From Verrucomicrobiota bacterium (lineage in GTDB: Bacteria > Verrucomicrobiota > Verrucomicrobiia > Limisphaerales > UBA11358), in assembly GCA_050011235.1 (NCBI GenBank), contig JBEKJN010000002.1, positions 1-34,081 of the forward strand: a stretch of DNA of 34,081 nucleotides, read 5' to 3'. Positions 17,023 to 24,749 of this stretch are shown here, one piece after another; position 1 is the stretch's first letter, and every line of letters starts with the position of its first letter. The notes beneath the pieces were generated by a model that saw only the letters and a program-made list of their open reading frames with translations, searched no databases and had not been told where the DNA came from. The translations under genes were made by a program, and so were the position numbers.

Positions 17023-19866
17023 CTACCGGGATCGTCGTGCCGAAATAAACAAGAAGCCACACAAGAAGATTCCTACGCCGATGGCCGTAAGTGTGATGTA
17101 GAGCGATTTGTTCGGCAGGCTGAATTGAAATTCCACCGTGTGCGCGCCGGGCGTCAGATAGACGCCACGCATGATGAAGTCGCAGCGCAGCAGTTCCGCC
17201 GGTTTGCCGTCCACGAACACGCGCCAGCCTGGATCGTACATGTCGTTGAGGAGCAGCACGGACGGCGTAGCGGCCTGCGTGTCAAAGACAATGTCCGTTG
17301 GCGCGTAACTTTTAAATTTAACGGTGCCGGAATTGTCATTGGTTGAGTTTGTGACGGGCGTGACGGGCAGCGGTGCGGAGAGCAAAACGGTTTTGGCAGG
17401 CTCGAAGTTCGCGTCGGTCAGTGTTCTGAGTGTGGCCTGGTCAGTGCTGTTTAAACTCTTCAGCGCACTATATGGTTCCTCTGGCAAATGCTGCTTTAAT
17501 TCGTCCAACCATCGTTGCAGCGTGGCCGGGGCATTGGTGCTGATTTGCCAGTTGGAATAGAGCCTGGCGCGCGGCAGCGCGCCGGTGAATTCAAAGAGCG
17601 CGATTGCGCCGCCGTCGCCCGGTGCGGCAGTAAGGTCCGCAGGCCAGATCGGTTGTTCAATTCCCGGTCTGGGCACAATGTCAAATCGCTGGACGATGCG
17701 GAAGCGGTGTTGCGCCGGGTCGAGTTGCTCATTCAAAACCTCCAGAAAACCCGTCGGCCCGAGCAGGTAGCGGGTATTGGTTAATTCCCAATGCCGGGCC
17801 AGGAGATAAGATGTGTCCGCGGAACGGGGTGATAGTGCCGCTTCATAAGCCATCAAATCCGCCGGCATGCGCGGCATTTGAATTTTGTCGAGCGACTGAA
17901 TGTTATAATAAGGGAAATGGTGTTGCGCCCATTCGATGCGGTAAACGTCGCCAAACCAGTCATCATAGAGCGGCAAATGCTGTGATGCATTAAACGGCAG
18001 GCCGGCCACCCGATGTTCGTAGGGTTTGTCACGCAGAAAATTAAGAATCGGATTTGTTGAGTTGGCCGGATTGGCTGAATCAATGTCGTATTTTTGTTTG
18101 TAATCCCAGTGTATGATGTAAGGCAAATCCGCCCGCCCCAAATCTGCCACGAGGAAGGCGCCGAGCAGAATGCCACCGAGTTTGGCGCGTTTCCCGGCAA
18201 AGACGCCGGCGACGGTGAGCACGCAAAGTCCGGCGGCCAACGCGTACAACAGAACAAACCAGCCTGCCTGTCCGATGCTGAAGGCAGCAATCTGTTTTGC
18301 CATATCTTCGTCACCGAACCCGACCGTCTGCAAATAGTGCACGAGGCCTGGCTTTTCCGAGGCGTAAATCAGCCAACCGAGCACAGTGACAATAAACGCC
18401 GCGACGCAGGCGTAAGTCCAATTCCGGTCGAAGCCGCGGACTTTTGTCCACCAGTTTTTAAGTTGGGCCAGCAGCGAAGTGGAACCGGTCGCCGGAATTT
18501 CCAAGTATCGCCGGCTCAGACCGTGAATGCCGCAGGCGAACAAGATGACAATTGCCCACGAAAACACGAGAAGGAATTTGCTCGGACACCGGATGGTGGA
18601 GGCATAAGGCAGCATGTAGAAGAATCGGTAGAACGGCGCGAAACGGCCATAGGCCAGCAACAGCGAGCCGATCAATACCACCGCCCAAAACCAGACAAAC
18701 CACTTTTGCGTTGCGGTGAAAACTGAATTTTGGCGGCGCAGTGATTGGGCGATGGCCCAAAACGCCAACAGCGCCACCAAAATGCCGGCGTAATTCTGGC
18801 CACCCGTAAACCGGATCTGGCCCTGCGGGGTGGGTCCCTTTCTCCCACCTTCGAAATACGGATCCAACAGAGGATCACTTCCGACCGTGCCCCAATAATT
18901 GCCTCCTTTGTAGCTGTCTTGAAGGAAGCCCATCATATTGTTGGGGGTGTCCAGCCGGTAGCCGAACAGGCCGGGCACGAACAAACCGAGCGTTTCAGTC
19001 TTTGGTTCGCTCCAGGATGTCGCCCAATACCAATGTGCTTCTTTCGTCTCCGTGTTCTGGGCCGTGCCGGAGATGCCGACGATGGCGGCGCCCACCAGCG
19101 CCACAATGGTCTGCGTGGCAATGAAACCAGCGAATACCGCGACCACCGCCACCCGTCCGATGCCGCGTCCCCATTTTGCCCAAGCCGCACCGCCTTCGTC
19201 CGTGACGGCTCTGAACAGAACAAAAGCCGCGACGAACACGCTGAAAATCGCGCCGATGTCCGCGGCCTCCATCACATTGACGCCCACTGCCAGTCCGGCC
19301 AGGGCCAGTCGCGGCCAGCGGATGAGCAAGGGCGTTCCCGGAGCATTGGACACCACCAAAGCCAGCGCAAAAAAATCCATGCCGATGGCGATTTGCTGTG
19401 GCGCCACGCCCCAACAAGCCGTCGCAAAAAAAGCCGAATTGAGTGTGGCGGCCAGCGCGCCCAAGGCCGCTGCCAGCGGCGAAAGCCGCAGTTGCCGGAA
19501 AAAGGTCCAGGCGCCAAGCCCTAAAATGAACAGCGCGAGGGGCGCCAAAAATTTCGCGTAGCCAACCGGTCCGAGCGTCCAAAAAATCAACGCACTTGGA
19601 GCCGGTGCCATTGCGCCGGCGCTGCTGCCAAGATCGTTGATATCATACCAGGTTCCGGTAAAGGCGGCCGGAAGCTCCCGCCACGCGGCGTTTTGTTGTC
19701 CCAACGGGCCGTCGTTGGAAAAGTGAACGTAGCCCGGCAAAAAACTCTTCACGAAAAGCACGGCCAAGACAACGGCCAGCAACCCCGTGAAGAAAAGTCC
19801 GCGGGGACTGGCCGCACCGGTTGATTTTTCAATCTTCATAAGTGACGGGCGGATAAAGCGAGGCAT
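17023..19866 (-). CDS. large polytopic membrane protein, YfhO-like (GT-C-type glycosyltransferase candidate)
   Basis: About 950-970 aa with many hydrophobic helices in the N-terminal two thirds. A large soluble C-terminal region ends in a final TM helix. The motif VFVDGKPAELLRCDFIMRGVYLTPGAHTVEFQF resembles the conserved YfhO-family C-terminus. The family call is from memory of that motif and the architecture. The start is ambiguous (ATG 19941, 19866 or 19839). The stop is TAG. Confidence 0.6.
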   Translation of the reverse strand: MPRFIRPSLMKIEKSTGAASPRGLFFTGLLAVVLAVLFVKSFLPGYVHFSNDGPLGQQNAAWRELPAAFTGTWYDINDLGSSAGAMAPAPSALIFWTLGPVGYAKFLAPLALFILGLGAWTFFRQLRLSPLAAALGALAATLNSAFFATACWGVAPQQIAIGMDFFALALVVSNAPGTPLLIRWPRLALAGLAVGVNVMEAADIGAIFSVFVAAFVLFRAVTDEGGAAWAKWGRGIGRVAVVAVFAGFIATQTIVALVGAAIVGISGTAQNTETKEAHWYWATSWSEPKTETLGLFVPGLFGYRLDTPNNMMGFLQDSYKGGNYWGTVGSDPLLDPYFEGGRKGPTPQGQIRFTGGQNYAGILVALLAFWAIAQSLRRQNSVFTATQKWFVWFWAVVLIGSLLLAYGRFAPFYRFFYMLPYASTIRCPSKFLLVFSWAIVILFACGIHGLSRRYLEIPATGSTSLLAQLKNWWTKVRGFDRNWTYACVAAFIVTVLGWLIYASEKPGLVHYLQTVGFGDEDMAKQIAAFSIGQAGWFVLLYALAAGLCVLTVAGVFAGKRAKLGGILLGAFLVADLGRADLPYIIHWDYKQKYDIDSANPANSTNPILNFLRDKPYEHRVAGLPFNASQHLPLYDDWFGDVYRIEWAQHHFPYYNIQSLDKIQMPRMPADLMAYEAALSPRSADTSYLLARHWELTNTRYLLGPTGFLEVLNEQLDPAQHRFRIVQRFDIVPRPGIEQPIWPADLTAAPGDGGAIALFEFTGALPRARLYSNWQISTNAPATLQRWLDELKQHLPEEPYSALKSLNSTDQATLRTLTDANFEPAKTVLLSAPLPVTPVTNSTNDNSGTVKFKSYAPTDIVFDTQAATPSVLLLNDMYDPGWRVFVDGKPAELLRCDFIMRGVYLTPGAHTVEFQFSLPNKSLYITLTAIGVGIFLCGFLFISARRSR

Positions 19867-19953
19867 TTTCAATTGAGCCAAGCCGGGTGTCAAGGCGATG
19901 AGTCGCACCGGAAAAACCTCGCCGCCAGCCGACCCGCTCATTAAACTTCACGC

Positions 19954-20964
19954 ATGAGTTCACGTGTTTTGGTCACCGGCGCGGCGGGATTCATCGGCTC
20001 TCATGTATGCGCCCATTTGCTCCGTCAGGGACATCGCGTGCTGGGGTTGGACGACTTGAGCGGCGGTTTCCGTGATCAGGTTCCCGACGGTGTGGAATTT
20101 GTTGAAGGTTCGGTCACAGAACCGGCGCTGGTGCAAAAATTGTTTGCCCGGCACCAATTCGAACATGTTTTCCATCTGGCTGCCTACGCGGCGGAGGGCC
20201 TGAGCCATTTCATCAAATGTTTCAATTACACCAACAACCTGCTCGGCAGCGTCAACCTCATCAACGCCGCCGTGAACCATGACGTGAAATGTTTCGTGTT
20301 CACGTCGTCCATCGCGGTTTATGGCCGCAATCAACTGCCGATGGCCGAAGAACTTGTGCCGCAGCCGGAAGACCCTTATGGCATCGCCAAATACGCGGTG
20401 GAACTCGACCTGCGCGAGGCGCATGAAATGTTCGGGCTGAATCATGTCATCTTCCGGCCGCACAATGTTTATGGTGAAAACCAGAACCTCGGCGACCGTT
20501 ACCGCAACGTCATCGGCATTTTCATGAATCAGATCATGCAGGGCCAGCCCATGACGATTTTTGGCGACGGCAAACAGACGCGCGCGTTCAGTTACATTGA
20601 CGACGTCGCGCCGGTGATTGCCGCCAGCATCGCGCGCCCGGCTTGTTACAATCAGATATTCAACGTCGGCGCGGACAAGGCCTATTCGGTTGCCGAATTG
20701 GCGCATGTTGTGGCCAGGGCAATGGGCGCCAAGCCGGTCGCCAGACATCTCGATGCCCGCAACGAGGTTGTGCATGCCTACTCGGCGCACGAAAAAGTCC
20801 GGAAATATTTCGGCGACCTCATCCAGAACGTTTCCCTCGAAGACGGCGTCAACCGCATGGCGGCTTGGGCAAAAAAAACCGGCGCGCGGCAAGGCAAGCC
20901 GTTTGCCGGGGTCGAAGTGCGCAAGAACATGCCGCCTTCGTGGGCGGCGCTGTTGCAGATTTGA
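19954..20964 (+). CDS. NAD-dependent sugar-nucleotide epimerase/dehydratase (GalE-like extended SDR)
   Basis: MSSRVLVTGAAGFIGSHV, TSSIAVYG and catalytic PYGIAKYAVE. Confidence 0.85.
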   Translation: MSSRVLVTGAAGFIGSHVCAHLLRQGHRVLGLDDLSGGFRDQVPDGVEFVEGSVTEPALVQKLFARHQFEHVFHLAAYAAEGLSHFIKCFNYTNNLLGSVNLINAAVNHDVKCFVFTSSIAVYGRNQLPMAEELVPQPEDPYGIAKYAVELDLREAHEMFGLNHVIFRPHNVYGENQNLGDRYRNVIGIFMNQIMQGQPMTIFGDGKQTRAFSYIDDVAPVIAASIARPACYNQIFNVGADKAYSVAELAHVVARAMGAKPVARHLDARNEVVHAYSAHEKVRKYFGDLIQNVSLEDGVNRMAAWAKKTGARQGKPFAGVEVRKNMPPSWAALLQI

Positions 20965-20975
20965 AGGTACGCCGG

Positions 20976-22031
20976 TTACTTTGCGTCCACTTTCGGCGGA
21001 CCATATTTGAACAAGCGCTTCACTTCCGCCCAGCGGCCTGGCTTCAGCCGTAGAAAACGCAACATCCAGAAATCGCCGCGTTGCCGGAAACCGCGGATGC
21101 GCCGCCGCCACTGGCGCACGTGGTCGCGCATCTGAAACGCCTCGCTGATGGCCGACAGGTACGATTTGCGTATGTAACTCCACCGCCGGGTCAAGACCAG
21201 GCCAACACCTGCTTCCGCGAGCAACAACAGCAGGTGTGGAATCAGCAGCAGCAGCAGAACGTGCTGGCCGTTTTTCATCAGGAACAAAATGCCGTTGCGG
21301 TTGGCCAGAAAGCGTTTGAAATCGGTGGTGCGCGATTCGACGGTTTTGGTTTTGCCCTCCGGGTTCACCACCGCTGCGCCGCGATGATGCAGCCGGGCAC
21401 TCGGCACCGCCACGACTTTGCCACCAGCAATCCACACCCGCCATGACAGGTCGGTTTCATCTGCGTAAATCAACAACTCCGGTGGAAAGCCGCCGATTTT
21501 ATCGAACAACTCTTTTTTTACCAACAAACTACAGCCGGGCGCGGCAAATGTTTCCTGGGTACAGGTTGCCGGCGATCCCAAGGTTGGCAGACCAAAGAAA
21601 TCCAAACCCGTCTCGCCGCCGCTTTGAAAGGTGTCATCGTCATAGTCAAACACGGCGGGCGCGGCGCAATCCGCTTCCGCCTTGATTGTCTCCTCATACA
21701 ATTTTTCCAGACAATCAGGCTCGAGCCAGGTGTCATTGTTCAGGAACAGCAAAAACTCGCCCCTGGCCACCGCCGCACCATTGTTGTTGGCACCGCAATA
21801 AAATAAATTCGCCCCGTTCTGGACCACGCGGCCCTTGCCGGTCTTCGCCAGCCAGGCCGCGGCCATCTCGTCCGAGCCGTCCGAGGAATTGTTATCCGTC
21901 AGTATGACTTCGAGGTCCGGGAAAATCGTTTGTCGCTCCAGCGATTCGAAACAGCGCGGCAGCCATTCCCGCCCGTTGTAGTTCAGGACGACGACGCTGA
22001 TTTTAGGTTGAACGGGGCGTAACTGGCTCAT
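20976..22031 (-). CDS. GT2-family glycosyltransferase with a C-terminal membrane anchor
   Basis: ISVVVLNYNGREWLPRCFESLERQTIFPDLEVILTDNNSSDGS...FLNNDT, then a hydrophobic segment HVLLLLLIPHLLLLLAEAGVGLVL. Confidence 0.85.
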   Translation of the reverse strand: MSQLRPVQPKISVVVLNYNGREWLPRCFESLERQTIFPDLEVILTDNNSSDGSDEMAAAWLAKTGKGRVVQNGANLFYCGANNNGAAVARGEFLLFLNNDTWLEPDCLEKLYEETIKAEADCAAPAVFDYDDDTFQSGGETGLDFFGLPTLGSPATCTQETFAAPGCSLLVKKELFDKIGGFPPELLIYADETDLSWRVWIAGGKVVAVPSARLHHRGAAVVNPEGKTKTVESRTTDFKRFLANRNGILFLMKNGQHVLLLLLIPHLLLLLAEAGVGLVLTRRWSYIRKSYLSAISEAFQMRDHVRQWRRRIRGFRQRGDFWMLRFLRLKPGRWAEVKRLFKYGPPKVDAK

Positions 22032-22198
22032 ACCGCCACGGCTGTTTTAATGGCGGCAACCGTCAGGTCGCCGCAAAAGTCGCGCCAGTGGTTGGGCAGC
22101 GTTATGGTGTTCATGGCGTGGAATGATTGCCCAAGATGCCGGCAAAGAAAAGCTTTCTTGCCATGCCAGTCGCCGGCGTAGAGAATCCATCCCGCCAT
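22028..22198 (-). CDS. small ORF or 3' remnant, translationally coupled to the GT2 gene
   Basis: Its stop overlaps the GT2 start as ATGA (22028-22031). The ATG-initiated ORF reads MAGWILYAGDWHGKKAFLCRHLGQSFHAMNTITLPNHWRDFCGDLTVAAIKTAVAV. The reading frame is open only back to 22390, so no full-size gene fits. Its C-terminal part has a diverged second copy at 23861-23928. No family recognised. Confidence 0.3.
   Translation of the reverse strand: MAGWILYAGDWHGKKAFLCRHLGQSFHAMNTITLPNHWRDFCGDLTVAAIKTAVAV
22095..22162 (-). repeat. copy A of a diverged direct repeat (3' coding segment)
   Basis: By hand alignment, about 42 of 53 nt of 22110-22162 are identical to 23876-23928. The minus-strand translation is GKKAFLCRHLGQSFHAMNTITLP. 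Confidence 0.6.
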
Positions 22199-22521
22199 TT
22201 TGCCATGAATCACGCCGAACAATTTTACCCGAAACTGCACGCGAAAGATCAAACATACTCCGCCGGGGAATATCACATGGAATCGTTGTTGTCCTGCGGG
22301 CTGTCGGGATTGAACGGAGATCAACAAGCTTAGCGCTGGGGAAATAGCAGGTTTCGTTGGGAATTTAGAAAAATTTAGTCGAACTCGCCACTACAGATTT
22401 TAAATCCGGCACTGCCTTCGCTGGCAGTTAGAAAATCGCTCATGTTGCCTGAATACGAGACGCTGGCGGCAGACATTAATCTGGTCAGCCTGATGTAAAC
22501 CAAAGAAACGGAAGCAAAGTC

Positions 22522-23701
22522 CTAAGGCAGCTCCACCACACGGTAAAATCCCATCACAGTGCCAATGATGTCAATATCTTGAAAAGCGGTTGAATTCGTC
22601 GCAACAATCGGAGCACCGACATCGGTCCAAGAACTTAGGTTCGTCGAGTTTTCCAATTGGTAGGTCTGCCCCGGTACAAGCTGCATCATGTTTACACGTA
22701 TGGTTTTGACAACCACACCAACTGTGGGAACAAGCCCTGTCACTTCATTGGTATACAGACTGTTGACTTCACTGTCGGACAGTGCGCGATTGTAAATGTG
22801 AATCGTATCCAAAGTTACCGGGCAAAATAAGTAGAAACCGCCGGAGTCCCCGTTGTTAGCCCCCCCAACTCATTGGGGCAACTTGGGGTTTTGCGTATGG
22901 AATCAAGCTGGTTTGCGAAGCCACTTCCACGCCGTTCACAAATATCTCAGCAGAATTGGTGGTCCTCGTAACGACGATTTGACACCATGTATTTGCCACA
23001 AAGTTTGTTAAGTTCACTGAAAGAATTGCGCCATATCCGCTGCCAGTCGTATCAACATAACAGAAATCATATCCCCGAAACTCCAATCCGAAGCCGTGCC
23101 ACCCGTCAGAGTTGCCATTGCCCGTTGACAACAATGTCGTAACCTCGCTGAGTTGTTGGAAGTTCACCCATACGCTCAAAGTAAACTCGTCCGGATACAA
23201 CCGGGCATCGTTGGGAATCACGATGTTCTGATTCACTCCGTTCAAAGACAGGGCTGCTTTCGCCTACAAAAATCTGTTCGCCACAAATGTCCCTCCTCCG
23301 TTGGTTATGACGGCGAAGTTGTTTGGCCCCACATCCACGGCGGTGCCATCCAAGGGCAAATCCAAAACCAGCGACGAACCGAAAGGGGTGGTCGAAGGCG
23401 CTGCGATGACCACCTGCGGCGTGCTGGTGTAACCGTAGCCTGCATTCGTAACGGTGATGGCTGTAACCACGCCACCGCTGACAGTCGCGTAGGCTCCCGC
23501 TCCAGTGCCGCCACCACCACTGATGGTAACCAACGGTGCCCAGCCATAACCACTGCCGCCATCGGTGACTGTAATACCCACCACAAAATCATTAAACAAT
23601 GTGGCTGTGGCTGTGGCTGTTTGTTGGGCACTTGCGGACAAGCCGAACAATAAAACCAAAGCAAGGGGGAATACCTCAAAAAGTTGTTTGTGCTGTTTCA
23701 T
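22522..23701 (-). pseudogene. LamG/concanavalin-A-like lectin-domain surface protein, disrupted by an in-frame TAG and a +1 frameshift in a G7 run
   Basis: Three track ORFs (23264..23734, 22856..23245, 22522..22812) join into one gene. It has a signal peptide MKQHKQLFEVFPLALVLLFGLSASAQQ and GSGY/GYGY repeats. The LamG body is (ALSLNGVNQNIVIPND...FTLSVWV...WCQIVVT...IFVNGV) and the hallmark motif is LDTIHIYNRALSDSEV. The C-terminal domain ends in GFYRVVELP. The TAG at 23264-23266 is in frame with both neighbouring ORFs. The frame changes at the C7/G7 run 22860-22866, and removing one G restores ...MSWGANNGDSGGFYLFCPVTLDTIHIYNRALS. ATG at 23699-23701 is preceded by agaggaaa. Confidence 0.7.
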
Positions 23702-23860
23702 AAATTTTCCTCTTGATTCAATTCGGACGTTCAAATCAAACTAAGGCAAAACCAACCTTTATTGTCAAGGAAATTGAACGCCTCGCTGAGAATAGGTTAT
23801 ATTCGTTTCACTTCACGTTGGAGCAATAAACCAATATCTTCACAATTTTTTCGGGTCAAA

Positions 23861-23928
23861 GGCAACACGGTGGCATTGATGGCGTGAAATAGTTGCCAAA
23901 GAACACGCCAAAGAAAAGCTTTCTTCGC
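23861..23928 (-). repeat. copy B of the diverged direct repeat (non-functional 3' gene remnant)
   Basis: The minus-strand translation is (stop)FGAKKAFLWRVLWQLFHAINATVLPLTRKNCEDIGLLLQREVKRI(stop). 14 of 23 residues are identical to copy A (KKAFL.R.L.Q.FHA.N...LP). It is closed by TAA immediately upstream, so it is only a relic. Confidence 0.5.
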
Positions 23929-23963
23929 TCCAAATTATTGAAGAAAATCCCTTTTATTCGGAA

Positions 23964-24749
23964 ATGAACAAGTTTGCACATGCGACACGGCACAGTGCGG
24001 CCAGCATCGTGGGTTGGCTTCGTTTGTTCCTGGCCAAACCTGGATTTGCCAATGAACTTTTGTGGCAGCGTTGGCGTTACTTCAGGTGTCGGGAATTTAA
24101 ACCAGGGCTGATGACACCAGATGGGTTTGTTTTGGAGACGCCCGACATGCTCATTACGTATTGGTCCATGTTTGTTGAGCGCGAGCTTTGCAGCGATGAT
24201 TGGGTGAAAGCATTGCAATCCGCTTCGCAACCGCTGGTGCTGGACGTTGGGGCCAACGCCGGTTTATTTTCACATCTTGTGTTTTGTCTGAATCCGCAAG
24301 CCGAAATAATCGCCATTGAACCATTACCGGCCATGGTTGAGCACATCAACGCATTAAAACAACGCAAAAAAATGAACCTTCGTTGTATATCCAAAGCGGC
24401 TGGTCGCGCGTCAGGCGAGGCGATGCTTGAAAGCCACCATGGTTACGACGGTACTTCCCATATTCGCCTGTCCGGCCAACCGACCGACCAAACTTTCCAC
24501 GTGGAAGTAACAACCCTTGACCAAGAAATCGCGAAACGGCCTGTCCTTGTGATGAAAATCGACGTGGAGGGCTTCGAGGAAGAAGTTATTGCGGGCGGAA
24601 TGGAAACTTTATCGCGAACGCAGTTTCTCATTATCGAAGCGCAGAATGCAGCACGACGTGACCGTCTTACGCGTTTGCTTGGGCCCAACTGGCATCGGCA
24701 AAAGCTTGGCTCAAGCGATTGCCTCTTTACCCGGATTAAAGCAGATTAA
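23964..24749 (+). CDS. FkbM-family methyltransferase
   Basis: LVLDVGANAGLFS...IIAIEPLP...GEAML...TLDQEI...PVLVMKIDVEGFEEEVIAGG matches the FkbM (TIGR01444-type) pattern. Confidence 0.85.
   Translation: MNKFAHATRHSAASIVGWLRLFLAKPGFANELLWQRWRYFRCREFKPGLMTPDGFVLETPDMLITYWSMFVERELCSDDWVKALQSASQPLVLDVGANAGLFSHLVFCLNPQAEIIAIEPLPAMVEHINALKQRKKMNLRCISKAAGRASGEAMLESHHGYDGTSHIRLSGQPTDQTFHVEVTTLDQEIAKRPVLVMKIDVEGFEEEVIAGGMETLSRTQFLIIEAQNAARRDRLTRLLGPNWHRQKLGSSDCLFTRIKAD

Noticed and set aside
20871-20878. A8 homopolymer in the epimerase gene (and A8/T8 at 27591-27598 in the flippase gene) as phase-variation sites
   Set aside because: Both reading frames are intact, and the runs simply encode Lys-Lys or Phe-Phe-Phe. 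Nothing distinguishes them from chance without population data.
21243-21257. (CAG)5 microsatellite inside the GT2 gene
   Set aside because: It encodes the Leu run of a hydrophobic membrane segment (LLLLL). It is in frame and short, and is most simply explained by codon usage. There is no evidence of length variation.
19960-21444. 494-aa minus-strand ORF overlapping the SDR epimerase and the end of the GT2 gene
   Set aside because: Most of it is antisense to the GxxGxxG/YxxxK epimerase. The remainder is out of frame with the GT2 gene.
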